From NCBI RefSeq assembly GCF_965227505.1, contig NZ_OZ245757.1:3822376-3886375 (forward strand): DNA of 64,000 bases. Direction: 5' to 3'. The translations under genes and the position numbers were made by a program. Origin of the DNA: Pelagibius sp. GTDB lineage: Bacteria > Pseudomonadota > Alphaproteobacteria > Kiloniellales > Kiloniellaceae. The notes under the pieces were generated by a model. It saw only the letters and a list, made by a program, of their open reading frames with translations. It searched no databases and was not told where the DNA came from. Every line of letters begins with the position of its first letter. Position 1 is the stretch's first letter. Below, one piece after another: positions 29,658 to 41,321 of this stretch.

Positions 29658-30065
29658 CTAGTCGGGATCTTTCTCGTAGGTCGTCGTGCCCGGCGGGAGT
29701 TGAACCCAGGGATGCCGGCGGCAGTCGTAGACGGACTCCTGGGGCGGCGGAAAGGCCGGGTCGGCGAAGGCGCCCACCGCCACGGCGACGCCGCTGTCCT
29801 CGCAGCCCTCTTCGGTGTGGAAGAGGGTCGTCCCGCAGACCGGACAGAAGCGGAACCGGAAGCGGGCACCCTGATCGCCGGTGCGGACGTATTCGGTCGC
29901 CTTGCCGAAGACCTTGTAGGGCGGCGGGAAAGCGGCCAGCGCGGCGAAGACGCTGCCGGTCCGGCGTTGGCAGGCAAAGCAGTGGCACAGGCCGACGGCG
30001 CCGGGTTCTCCCCGGACCTCGACGCGGAGCTGGCCACAGCAGCAGGCGGCGGTTCGAGACTGCAT
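29658..30065 (-). CDS. GFA/CENP-V family Zn-binding protein
   Basis: CCCG, CHCFACQRRTGS, RFCPVCGT motifs. Confidence 0.88.
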   Translation of the reverse strand: MQSRTAACCCGQLRVEVRGEPGAVGLCHCFACQRRTGSVFAALAAFPPPYKVFGKATEYVRTGDQGARFRFRFCPVCGTTLFHTEEGCEDSGVAVAVGAFADPAFPPPQESVYDCRRHPWVQLPPGTTTYEKDPD

Positions 30066-30218
30066 GGGAACCCTCCGTGGATGGTGGTTCGCTTACGCGC
30101 CGGTCATTGACGATGAAGGGAGCCAGGGCGTCAAGGCCGCCGGCTCAGAGCGCAGCCTTGCAAGACCTTCCGTGCTCGGGCAGTCTTTTTGTTTCATACC
30201 GACTTCGGGACATCTTCC

Positions 30219-31250
30219 ATGCGTGCACTCGTTATCCATGCGCCCAAAGATCTGCGCAGCGAAGACTGGCCAATCGAGGCCCCCGGCGCCGGCCAGGTGC
30301 TGATCCACATGGAAGCCGGCGGGGTCTGCGGCTCCGACCTGCACTACTACAATCACGGCGGTTTCGGCCCGGTGCGCCTGAAAGAGCCGATGGTGCTGGG
30401 CCACGAGGTCTCGGGGCGGGTTGCCGCGCTGGGCGAGAACGTTGAGGGGCTGGCGGAAGGCGACCTCGTCGCGATCAATCCCTCGCGGCCCTGCGGCCAC
30501 TGCGCTTACTGTCTGGAAGGCGCCCCCAACCACTGCCTGAACATGCGCTTCTACGGCTCGGCCATGCCCTTTCCCCACATTCAGGGCGCCTTCCGCCAGG
30601 CCCTGGTTGTGGATGCCGGCCAGTGCGTGAAGGCCGGCGGCCTCAGCCCCGGCGAGGCCGCCATGGCGGAGCCGCTCTCGGTGGCGCTGCATGCGACGCG
30701 CCGGGCCGGCGACCTTTTCGGCAAGCGGGTCCTGGTCACCGGCTGCGGACCCATCGGCGTGCTGGCGGTTCTGAGCGCCCGGCGCGCCGGCGCCGCGGAG
30801 ATCGTCGCCACCGACCTGGAGGACAAGGCGCTGTCCTTTGCCGCCGGGGCCGGCGCCGACCGCACCATCAACGTCGCCAAGGACCCCGATGCGCTCGGCG
30901 CCTATGCCGCCGGCAAGGGGTATTTCGACGTGCTCTACGAGGCGACCGGCGCCGAACCGGCGCTGGTCTCCGCCCTTGCGGCGATGCGGCCGCGCGGCGT
31001 CGTCGTGCAGCTCGGCATGGGTGGCGAGATGACCCTGCCGATGCTGCAGATCACGGCGAAGGAACTGGATCTGCGCGGCTCCTTCCGCTTTCACGAGGAA
31101 TTTCCCCTGGCGGTCGAACTGATGGCCAAGGGGTTGATCGACGTGAAGCCGCTCATCAGCCACACCATTGGTTTCGACGAGGCCATCAGGGCCTTCGAGA
31201 TCGCGGGCGACCGCTCCCAGGTGATGAAGGCGCAGATCGCGTTCAACTGA
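30219..31250 (+). CDS. idnD: L-idonate 5-dehydrogenase (Zn-dependent MDR)
   Basis: CGSDLHYYNHGGFG..RLKEPMVLGHE, PSRPCGHCAYC..NHC, MRFYGSAMPFPHIQGAF, KELDLRGSFRF. Confidence 0.85.
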   Translation: MRALVIHAPKDLRSEDWPIEAPGAGQVLIHMEAGGVCGSDLHYYNHGGFGPVRLKEPMVLGHEVSGRVAALGENVEGLAEGDLVAINPSRPCGHCAYCLEGAPNHCLNMRFYGSAMPFPHIQGAFRQALVVDAGQCVKAGGLSPGEAAMAEPLSVALHATRRAGDLFGKRVLVTGCGPIGVLAVLSARRAGAAEIVATDLEDKALSFAAGAGADRTINVAKDPDALGAYAAGKGYFDVLYEATGAEPALVSALAAMRPRGVVVQLGMGGEMTLPMLQITAKELDLRGSFRFHEEFPLAVELMAKGLIDVKPLISHTIGFDEAIRAFEIAGDRSQVMKAQIAFN

Positions 31251-31286
31251 CACCGCGTCCCCCTCACAGCCGCCGCGAGGACCCCG

Positions 31287-31889
31287 ATGACTGAAATCCC
31301 TGCTTTGCGCATGGTCCCCCGGGGCCTGCTGTCCGCCGTCCTCGCCGCCGTGTTCTGCGTTGCCGTGGTTTTCATGCCGGAGACGGCGCCACGGGCCGCG
31401 GACCTGGGGAAGCCTGCCGGGCCCGTCGTGCTGACCGTCGCCGGCGACATCGGGGCGGCCAACCGGCCGGCCTTCGACGACGCCACCGATTCCTTCCTGA
31501 ACTACCACGAGAAGACCTTCCAGTCGGCCGCCGAGTTCGACCGCGCCATGCTGGAATCCCTGGGTATGCAACAGGTGGAGATCGCCTACGAAGGCTGGGC
31601 CCAGCCCTCGACCTTCGAGGGGCCCTGGCTGAAGGATGTGCTCGCCGCTGCCGGGGCGGCCGGCAAGAATGTCACGGTGGTCGCCCTGGACGGCTTCGGT
31701 GCCGAGATCCCGGCTGCCGACATCCAGGCGCTCGACTGGGTGGTCGGCCTGAAGCGCGACGGGCGCTACCTGGGGCTGGGGCAGCGGGGGCCGATTTGGC
31801 TGGTCTACAGCCGCCCCGACGGCGCGGTGCTGACCGCGGAGGACGAGCAGCGTTGGCCCTGGGCGGCCTTCTACATCGAGGTCGAATAG
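31287..31889 (+). CDS. Exported protein, oxidoreductase molybdopterin-binding-like fold
   Basis: Signal/TM segment; LTVAGDI, FDRAML, FEGPWLKDVL, VALDGF, GPIWLVY. Confidence 0.7.
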   Translation: MTEIPALRMVPRGLLSAVLAAVFCVAVVFMPETAPRAADLGKPAGPVVLTVAGDIGAANRPAFDDATDSFLNYHEKTFQSAAEFDRAMLESLGMQQVEIAYEGWAQPSTFEGPWLKDVLAAAGAAGKNVTVVALDGFGAEIPAADIQALDWVVGLKRDGRYLGLGQRGPIWLVYSRPDGAVLTAEDEQRWPWAAFYIEVE

Positions 31890-31899
31890 GATCGGTTGC

Positions 31900-32643
31900 T
31901 TAAGCCGGGATTTCCCGGCCGTCCCAGGCGAAGACCTTGCCGCTGTCTTCGGGGGTCAGCCCATCGACCACCGTCAGCAGATGGCCCGTCGCCGTTGCGG
32001 GTGAGAACAGCTTCTCCGGGGCGACGCCGCGCTGGAACGGCTGCGACAGCCTGCTGTCGACCGTCCCGGGGTGCAACCCGACGCAGACCGTCTGCTTGCG
32101 GTTGCGCGCCGTTTCGATGGCCAGGCAGCGGATCGTCATGTTGAGCGCGGCCTTGGCCGCCCGGTAGCCGTACCAGCCGCCCAGTCGGTTGTCGCCGATG
32201 CTGCCCACGCGCGCGGAGAGCGCCGCGAAGACCGCTTTGCGCTCGCGCTCCAGCAGCGGCAGGAAGTGCTTGGCGACCAGGGCGGGGCCGATGCTGTTGA
32301 CCTGGAAGCTGCGCGTCAGAGCCGCAGCCTCCAGGTGGCGGAAGCTCTTCTCCGGCTGCAGCGCCCCGCCGTCATGGAGCAGGCCGCTGGCGACGATCAC
32401 CAGGCCCAGCGGACCACCGGCGGCCAGCCCCTCGGCGGCCGCCGCGATGGAGGCTTCGTCGTCGGTGTCCAGATGCCCGGGGATCAGCTTCCCGTCGGCG
32501 GGAACCGGGCTGCGGGATAAGGCGAAAACCGCTTCAACCGCCGGGTTCGCGGCAAGCCGGGCTGCCAGAGCCCCGCCTATGCCGCCGGAGGCACCGATCA
32601 CGGCCGCCCGCAGAGGCTGGCCGAAACTGGAGAGGCCGCTCAC
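31900..32643 (-). CDS. SDR oxidoreductase (CsgA/C-factor-like)
   Basis: VIGASGGIG, PEKS, SARVGSIGDNRLGGWYGYRAAKAALNM, LHPGTVDS. Confidence 0.88.
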   Translation of the reverse strand: MSGLSSFGQPLRAAVIGASGGIGGALAARLAANPAVEAVFALSRSPVPADGKLIPGHLDTDDEASIAAAAEGLAAGGPLGLVIVASGLLHDGGALQPEKSFRHLEAAALTRSFQVNSIGPALVAKHFLPLLERERKAVFAALSARVGSIGDNRLGGWYGYRAAKAALNMTIRCLAIETARNRKQTVCVGLHPGTVDSRLSQPFQRGVAPEKLFSPATATGHLLTVVDGLTPEDSGKVFAWDGREIPA

Positions 32644-32776
32644 AGCTGTGTGAGCCCGAGCGTGCGGGGAAAGGGTGGTCTTGGGAACATGCCCCTGAGA
32701 ACTATATTATAAGCCTTGAAAGAAAAGGAGGGGCCGGCCCTCCGCGAGGAAAACGCCCTAAAACTGGGAGAGCCTG

Positions 32777-33748
32777 ATGAGCGAAGGCTACAGGAAAACA
32801 GAAGAGGCGGTGAAGAGCCTCAGTGACGAGCAGTATGCTGTGACCCAGCAGGACGCGACCGAACGCCCCTTCCAGAACGCCTATTGGGACAACAAGGCGC
32901 CGGGACTTTACGTCGACGTGGTTTCCGGCGAGCCGCTGTTCGCCTCCAGCGACAAATACGATTCCGGCAGCGGCTGGCCGAGCTTCGTGCGCCCGGTGGA
33001 ACCGGATCACGTGGTCGAACGCAGCGACGCCAGCCATGGGATGATCCGTACCGAGGTCCGCTCCAGGCATGGCGACAGCCACCTGGGCCATGTCTTCCCC
33101 GACGGCCCGGCGCCGACCGGCCTGCGCTACTGCATCAATTCCGCGGCTCTCCGCTTCGTGCCCCTGGCCGAACTCGAGGCGGCCGGATACGGCGCCTACC
33201 GGGATCTGGTCGATCCGCCCGCGAAGGAGACGGGCGAGGCCCGGGCGGTTTTCGCCGGCGGCTGCTTCTGGGGCATGCAGGACCTCTTCCGCAAGCTGCC
33301 GGGTGTGACCTCGACGCGCGTCGGCTATACCGGTGGCGATCTGGACAACCCGGAGTACCGAGACGTCAAGACGGGCTCGACCGGCCATGCGGAAGCCCTG
33401 GAGATCGTCTACGACCCGGCCCGGGTGGGCTACGAGGATCTTCTGGCCTTTTTCTTCCAGATCCACGATCCGACCACGATGAACCGCCAGGGCAACGATA
33501 TCGGCAGCCAATACCGCTCGGCGATCTTCGTGGCCGATCAGGCGGAGGCGGATGCGGCCGCACGGGTCATCGACGCGGTCAATGCCTCCGGTCTCTGGCC
33601 CGGCCCGGTGGTGACCGAGGTTGTGCCGGCCCGCCCCTTCTACGAAGCGGAGCCGGAGCACCAGGATTACCTGGAACGCTATCCGCACGGCTACACCTGC
33701 CACTTCATCAGGCCCAACTGGCGTCTGCCGCGAACCGAAGTGGCCTGA
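32777..33748 (+). CDS. msrAB: Bifunctional peptide methionine sulfoxide reductase, MsrB-MsrA fusion
   Basis: MsrB: [31 protein letters not shown]. MsrA: [27 protein letters not shown]. Confidence 0.92.
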   Translation: MSEGYRKTEEAVKSLSDEQYAVTQQDATERPFQNAYWDNKAPGLYVDVVSGEPLFASSDKYDSGSGWPSFVRPVEPDHVVERSDASHGMIRTEVRSRHGDSHLGHVFPDGPAPTGLRYCINSAALRFVPLAELEAAGYGAYRDLVDPPAKETGEARAVFAGGCFWGMQDLFRKLPGVTSTRVGYTGGDLDNPEYRDVKTGSTGHAEALEIVYDPARVGYEDLLAFFFQIHDPTTMNRQGNDIGSQYRSAIFVADQAEADAAARVIDAVNASGLWPGPVVTEVVPARPFYEAEPEHQDYLERYPHGYTCHFIRPNWRLPRTEVA

Positions 33749-33810
33749 GGCTGGCTGCCGCAACGGACGGGTGCTAGGGTCTCTCGCCGCAAGCAGCGAG
33801 GGGCCCTGCC

Positions 33811-34422
33811 ATGTCGATCATCCGGACCATCGAGGAACTGGAACGCCATTACGACGTTCCCAATGAGAACTCCACGGTCAAGGAAGTCGACTTCATAACG
33901 CCGGAGTATCGGCGAATCATCGAGGTCTCGCCCTTTGCCGCCCTGGCGACGGCGGGCCCGGAGGGCCTGGACTGCTCGCCGCGTGGCGATAAGGCCGGCT
34001 TCGTGCGCATCCACGACGACCGCACCCTCATGCTGCCGGACCGGCGCGGCAACAACCGCATCGATTCTCTGCGCAACATCGTCCGCGACCCGCGCGTTGC
34101 CCTGCTCTTTCTGGTTCCGGGGGCGGGCAACACCCTGCGGGTCAACGGCCGCGCCCACCTCAGCGTCGATCCCGATCTTTTGGAATCCTTCGCGGTCCAG
34201 GACAAGGCGCCGCGCTCGGTCATGGTGATGACGGTGGAGGCGATCTATTTCCAGTGCGCCCGTGCCATCGTGCGCTCCGACCTCTGGAACCCGGATAAGC
34301 ACGTCGACCGCCGCAGCCTGCCCACACCGGGCGAGATCCTCGCCGCCCTCAGCGACGAGCGGATCGGCGGCAAGGCCTACGACGACGCCTGGGAGGCACG
34401 GGCCCAGAAGACCCTGTGGTAG
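33811..34422 (+). CDS. Pyridoxamine 5'-phosphate oxidase-like FMN-binding protein
   Basis: DCSPRGD, LPDRRGNNRIDSLRNI, LRVNGRA, YFQCARA. Confidence 0.85.
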   Translation: MSIIRTIEELERHYDVPNENSTVKEVDFITPEYRRIIEVSPFAALATAGPEGLDCSPRGDKAGFVRIHDDRTLMLPDRRGNNRIDSLRNIVRDPRVALLFLVPGAGNTLRVNGRAHLSVDPDLLESFAVQDKAPRSVMVMTVEAIYFQCARAIVRSDLWNPDKHVDRRSLPTPGEILAALSDERIGGKAYDDAWEARAQKTLW

Positions 34423-34444
34423 AAGACCCGTGGTAGAAGACCCT
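34406..34444. repeat. 14-15 bp tandem repeat (about 2.7 copies) spanning the TAG stop
   Basis: AGAAGACCCTGTGGT AGAAGACCCGTGGT AGAAGACCCT. Confidence 0.9.
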
Positions 34445-34471
34445 CCGGCAGCGCCCTGTGCTAGGCTGTGA

Positions 34472-36594
<2,123 letters not shown>

Positions 36595-36601
36595 GGGTCC
36601 T

Positions 36602-37588
36602 ATGAAGGCACTGGTCTATACCGCCACCAAGGAGACCGCCTACCGCGACGAGGCGGAGCCGCAGCGCGGCCCCGGCGAGGCCCTGGTGGGCATAGAGGCG
36701 GTCGGCATCTGCGGGTCCGACATGCATGCCTGGCACGGCCACGACCCCCGCCGCGTGCCGCCGCTGATCCTGGGACACGAGGCCTGCGGCACGGTGTTGG
36801 AGGGGGCGAGCCCGGGCCAGCGGGTGGTGCTCAACCCCCTGGTGAGCTGCGGCATCTGCAGGTTCTGTACGGAGGGGCGGACCAATCTCTGCCCCGACCG
36901 CGACCTCATCGGCATGCGCCGGCCCGGTGCCTTCGGCGAGCGCATCACGATCCCCGAGCGCAACCTGATCGCGGTGCCGGAGGGGATGGATCCGGCCAAG
37001 GCGGCCCTGACCGAACCCTGCGCCACCGCCTGGCACGCCCTGGCGCTGGCGGCGCGCGCGGCCTGGCGGCCGGTGGCGGAATCGCATGCTTTGGTGATCG
37101 GCGGCGGTTCCGTGGGCCTCTTGGGCGGCTTGATTCTCAAGGCCTGGGGGGCTGCCGAAGTGCGGCTTGCCGAGACCAATGCGCTGCGCCGCGGCACCGC
37201 GGCGGCGGCGGGACTCGACGTCTTCGATCCGCTGCAGTCTTCTGCAGGGGACGGCCGCTACGACCTGGTCTTCGATGCCGTCGGCAGCACCGGCACGCGC
37301 GCCGCTGCCATCGCGGCGGCGGCGCCCGGCGGTGTGATCGCCCATGTCGGCCTGCAGGAGTCGGCGGGCGCCTTCGATGCCCGCACCCTGACCCTCTCGG
37401 AGATTACTTTCGTCGGGGTCTATACCTATACGGAGGTGGACCTGCGCGCCTCCCTGGCGGCGCTCCACGACGGGCGTCTCGGCGCCTTGGAGTGGATCGA
37501 GCAAAGGCCTTTGGCCGAGGGTGGCCGCGCCTTCGAGGACTTGGACGCCGGCCGCACCGCCGCCGCAAAGGTCGTCTTAATGCCCTAG
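36602..37588 (+). CDS. hpsP: Zn-dependent dehydrogenase, HpsP-like
   Basis: GICGSDMHAWHGHDPRR.PPLILGHE, CGICRFC..NLC, EITFVGVYTY; third gene of the operon. Confidence 0.78.
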   Translation: MKALVYTATKETAYRDEAEPQRGPGEALVGIEAVGICGSDMHAWHGHDPRRVPPLILGHEACGTVLEGASPGQRVVLNPLVSCGICRFCTEGRTNLCPDRDLIGMRRPGAFGERITIPERNLIAVPEGMDPAKAALTEPCATAWHALALAARAAWRPVAESHALVIGGGSVGLLGGLILKAWGAAEVRLAETNALRRGTAAAAGLDVFDPLQSSAGDGRYDLVFDAVGSTGTRAAAIAAAAPGGVIAHVGLQESAGAFDARTLTLSEITFVGVYTYTEVDLRASLAALHDGRLGALEWIEQRPLAEGGRAFEDLDAGRTAAAKVVLMP

Positions 37589-39168
37589 GATTCCGGCGGC
37601 GCGCCGCCTTCGCGGGTGCGCCGGGCGATGAAATCGTGCATCGCCGCGCGGCGCGCCGTGTCCAGGGGCGGGGCCTCGAAATCCCGCAGGATCGCCTTCC
37701 ACAGGCCGTTGGCCCGCTGGGTGGCGGTCTTGGCGCCGTCCTCGCTCCACTGGCCGAAGTTGCGCCAGTCGGAGACCAGCGGCGCATAGAAGGCCGACTG
37801 GTAGCGCTGCATGGTGTGCTCTGCCGCGAAGAAGTGACCGCCCGGCGCCACCTCGGCGATGGCCTCGAAACCGATCTCCGCGTCCGAGGCATCCAGGGGC
37901 TGCAGAATCTCGGCGAAGATCTGCAGCATCTCCACATCCAGGATGAACTTCTCCATCGAGGCGGTGAGGCCGCCTTCCAGCCAGCCAGCCGCGTGCAGCA
38001 GCAGGTTGACTCCGCCCAGCACCGAGCCCCAGGCCGACATCAGGAACTCGTAGACCGCCTGCTCGTCCGGCGCGTTGGAGGCCGTGGCCGCAGAGCCGCG
38101 CCAGGGCAGGCCGATGTGGCGCGCCAGTTGCCCGGCGCCGAAGGCGCCCTTGACGAACTCCGGCGTGCCGAAGGCAGGCGATCCGGACTTCATGTCGACG
38201 TTGGAGGTGAAGGAGCCGTAGACCACCGGCGCGCCCGGGCGCACAAGCTGGCTGAGAACGATACCGGCCAGGGCCTCCGCGTGCTGCAGGGTGAGCGCGC
38301 CGGCAATGGTGACCGGGGCCATGGCGCCGGAGAGTGTGAAGGGCGTAATCAGCGAGACCTGGCCGGCGGCGGCGAAGTCGATGATCCCCTGGCACATGGG
38401 AATGTCGAGCTGGCGCGGCGAGTTGGTGTTGATCACCGTGTAGCAGTAGGGGTGCCGGGCGAAGGCCTCTGCGTCCAGGCCGCGCGCCAGGCGCAGCAGT
38501 TCGAAGCAGTCGCGCACCTGGGGCGCCCCGCGGGAGAAGACGAAGATCGGCTTGTCGCTGAGACTGAGCTGGCTCTCGGTGACCTGCAGATGGCGCAGGT
38601 GCGTCGGAACATCGAGCGCTTCGACGTTGATCTGCTGTGTGTGGATGACGTCGAAGTGCTGGGAAAGCCGGATCATGTTGCGATGGTCTTCCAGGCTGCC
38701 GTCGCGCTTGCCCTGGTCGATGTCCGTTATGTGCGGCGGCCCGCCGACCGCGGCAAAGGCGATGTGATCGCCGCCCAGGGTGACGTCGCGCTCCGGCGTT
38801 GCGCCCTTCACGTCGAAGACTCCGGGGGCGCTGGCCAGGCACTGCGCAACGAGGCCACGGTCGAGGCGCACCATCAGGCTGCCTTCGTCGACCGCTGCCC
38901 CGCCGTTGCGGAAGAACGCACGGGCGCCGGGGTGCAGCACCTTGATGCCCAGGTCTTCCAGCACGCGCAGGGCGGCGTCGTGGATCGCCGCGAGGCGGTC
39001 CTCGGAGAACCCCGGCTGGCGCGCCAGCGGGTTGATCAGGCGTCGGTAGCGATGGCTGCGGCCCGCGCCGGTGTCACCACTGCCGGGTGCGCCCGGCCTT
39101 CGCCGCGCGCTTCGGCGCCTCTTCCGGCCGCCGTTCCCGCTCTTCGATCCTTCAACGGTCGCCGCCAT
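37585..39168 (-). CDS. Trimethylamine methyltransferase (MttB) family protein, non-pyrrolysine
   Basis: IHDAALRVLEDLGI, INTNSPRQLD, TPFTLSGAMAPVTIAGAL, SNVDMKSGSPAFGTPE, HAAGWLEGGL; no in-frame amber codon. Confidence 0.92.
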   Translation of the reverse strand: MAATVEGSKSGNGGRKRRRSARRRPGAPGSGDTGAGRSHRYRRLINPLARQPGFSEDRLAAIHDAALRVLEDLGIKVLHPGARAFFRNGGAAVDEGSLMVRLDRGLVAQCLASAPGVFDVKGATPERDVTLGGDHIAFAAVGGPPHITDIDQGKRDGSLEDHRNMIRLSQHFDVIHTQQINVEALDVPTHLRHLQVTESQLSLSDKPIFVFSRGAPQVRDCFELLRLARGLDAEAFARHPYCYTVINTNSPRQLDIPMCQGIIDFAAAGQVSLITPFTLSGAMAPVTIAGALTLQHAEALAGIVLSQLVRPGAPVVYGSFTSNVDMKSGSPAFGTPEFVKGAFGAGQLARHIGLPWRGSAATASNAPDEQAVYEFLMSAWGSVLGGVNLLLHAAGWLEGGLTASMEKFILDVEMLQIFAEILQPLDASDAEIGFEAIAEVAPGGHFFAAEHTMQRYQSAFYAPLVSDWRNFGQWSEDGAKTATQRANGLWKAILRDFEAPPLDTARRAAMHDFIARRTREGGAPPES

Positions 39169-39267
39169 CCCGGCAGGCTAGGGCGCAACGGCCTCCAGGG
39201 TCTATGCCATGCCCGACAGGGACGTCGTCTTCAGGCCAGTGTCCAAAGGCGCGCCAATCATGCCACG

Positions 39268-39309
39268 CCGGTCACGCCACACCGGTCACGCCACACCGGT
39301 CACGCCGCG
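39268..39309. repeat. 14-bp tandem repeat x3 spanning the TGA stop of the minus-strand gene
   Basis: CCGGTCACGCCACA CCGGTCACGCCACA CCGGTCACGCCGCG; a decayed fourth unit lies just left. Confidence 0.92.
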
Positions 39310-40307
39310 CCGACGAGCTTCACCCCGGCCTGCTCCGCCGTCATGGTCTTGTTGAGCAGCATCACGCAGGCGTAGACCGCCTCGATCGCGGGGGCCGGCG
39401 TATCGGTCAGGCGGCCCATTTCCAGGATCGAGCCGATCAGAGCCTCGGTTTCCAGGGACCGGCCCGCCTCCACGTCCTGCAGCATCGAGGTCTTGTGGCG
39501 CCCCACGGACTCCGCACCGGCAATGCGCTTTTCGATCGTATGACGGAAGGTCACGCCAAGCTTTTCGCCGATGGCCTGGGCCTCTGCCATCATGGTTGCT
39601 GCCAGCGCACGGGTCTGGGCGAAGCGGCAGATATCCTCCAACGTTGCGTGGGTCAGCGCGGAGATGGGGTTGAACGAGAGGTTGCCCCAGGCTTTCAGCC
39701 AGATCTCGGAGCGGATGTCGTCAAGAACGCGGGAGCGGAAGCCGGCCTCGACCAGCAGGTCGTGCAGCCTTTGAACGCGCGCGCTCTCGCTGCCGTCCAG
39801 TTCCCCGACGGGAAAGCGGTCCCCCTCGACGTGGTGGATGACACCGGGTCCCGTTACAGCCGCCGCCGGATAGACCACGCAGCCGACGATGCGGTCGCCC
39901 GGAATGTGCCGGGCGAGAAGGCCCGTGGGGTCCAGGGTGTCCAGGCGCCGTCCGTCGAGCGCGCCGCCGAAGTTATGGAAGTACCACCAGGGCATGCCGT
40001 TCTGAACCGTGACGATCATGGTGCCGTCGTCCAGAAGTCCGTCGATGTCGCGAGCGATTTGGTCGAGGAAGTGGGCTTTCACCGCCAGGATCACGAGGTC
40101 CTGCTTGCCGACCTCCGCGGCGGAGGCGACGGCGCGCAGATCGGCCGTCAACGCCGAGCCGTCCTCCCAGATCAGCTTCAGCCCTTGTTTCTGGATCGCG
40201 GCCAGATGGGCGCCCTGGTCGACCACTGTCACTGCATTACCGGCAAGCGCCAGCTTCACCGCCATCAGGCCGCCGATCGCGCCGGCGCCGACCACACAGA
40301 TTCTCAT
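39300..40307 (-). CDS. Ketopantoate reductase (PanE/ApbA) family oxidoreductase
   Basis: MRICVVGAGAIGG, LAVKAH, VQNGMPWWY, IWLKAWGNLSFNP, KTSMLQDVE, LETEAL. Confidence 0.85.
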   Translation of the reverse strand: MRICVVGAGAIGGLMAVKLALAGNAVTVVDQGAHLAAIQKQGLKLIWEDGSALTADLRAVASAAEVGKQDLVILAVKAHFLDQIARDIDGLLDDGTMIVTVQNGMPWWYFHNFGGALDGRRLDTLDPTGLLARHIPGDRIVGCVVYPAAAVTGPGVIHHVEGDRFPVGELDGSESARVQRLHDLLVEAGFRSRVLDDIRSEIWLKAWGNLSFNPISALTHATLEDICRFAQTRALAATMMAEAQAIGEKLGVTFRHTIEKRIAGAESVGRHKTSMLQDVEAGRSLETEALIGSILEMGRLTDTPAPAIEAVYACVMLLNKTMTAEQAGVKLVGAA

Positions 40308-40538
40308 GCGCTTCTGCCTCCCTATTCCGTTCCGCCGGCCACCCGGTGTCTCTTCCGGCCGGTCTCTCCTTACCGGCACTATGAAACAGCGCGTACAGCT
40401 TCGTAAAGCGCCGCGAAAAGGTTTTCCGCATCGTGGAAACGGCACGGGAAGACCGCCCGCGGCGGGTGGCGCCAAAGCTGTGATAGGCTGCCCCTGGGTC
40501 GCAGAAACATCCGTACCGCAACGGGGGGCAAAGACAGC

Positions 40539-41216
40539 TTGCGTCGGGTCTTGGTGATTATCGCAGTGGCCATCGGGCTGGCGGCCTGTGCGGCGCGTCC
40601 GACGGCGCAGCATGCCTTGCTCGACGGGCGTTTGACGGTGCGCTTGCCGCAGGACTATGTATCTTCGGCGCCTGCCGCCGAGACCTTCATCCTCCGCGGT
40701 GCCCGCGCGGCCTTGGCCACCCGGAGGCCGAAGCCTCGTATCCCGTCGGGGCGTTCCGCCGCGTACTTGTTGGGCAAAGACGATATCCGGGCGCAAATCC
40801 ACTTCGATCTTGTGGCGCTGATCGCCACGGACGGAGCGCAGGGCTGGGCCCGCGGGGAGACCGCCCTGCAGGTTGCGCGCGGCGCCTCCGAGCAGGAGAT
40901 CCATGAAGCTCTCTGCAAAGCCTTCTCCGAACGCTGGGGCGGCCTGCGCTACACCTTTGCCAGCTTCGATGCAAAGCGGGGGATCGGGCGCTGCGTGAAC
41001 ATCATCGGGACCTTCACCGCGTTGTTCTCACGGCGCATCGGCGACACGCTGGTGATCGCCGATGCCAAGGATTTTGTGGAGGTAATGATCCTCGAACAGG
41101 AGGGCCCGCCCAAGGCGCTGTTCGATCTGAACGAGGAAGAGCGCTGGGAACTCTTTCAAGCGGCGGCCAATGCGGAGGCGGCCGAACGGGCGCTGCGCAG
41201 CGCGCGGCTGCGCTAA
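40539..41216 (+). CDS. Uncharacterised lipoprotein, paralog 1
   Basis: TTG start; lipobox IGLAAC; clear paralogy to the next ORF supports coding status. Confidence 0.78.
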   Translation: MRRVLVIIAVAIGLAACAARPTAQHALLDGRLTVRLPQDYVSSAPAAETFILRGARAALATRRPKPRIPSGRSAAYLLGKDDIRAQIHFDLVALIATDGAQGWARGETALQVARGASEQEIHEALCKAFSERWGGLRYTFASFDAKRGIGRCVNIIGTFTALFSRRIGDTLVIADAKDFVEVMILEQEGPPKALFDLNEEERWELFQAAANAEAAERALRSARLR

Positions 41217-41321
41217 GCCCTGGTCACTATCCGACTGACAGCCTTGCCATACTCTCGACACAAGCACCGGTAGAATGGGCCGAAGCCACATTCGAAGAAG
41301 GGGAGCCGTGATGAGGTCGCA

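Noticed and set aside
32706-32711. Perfect TATAAT on the minus strand upstream of the CsgA-like SDR
   Set aside because: No matching -35 at 17 bp; plausible but not supportable as a promoter call.
37585-39168. Pyrrolysine recoding in the MttB-family gene
   Set aside because: The ORF is continuous with no in-frame TAG, and no pyl genes are seen.
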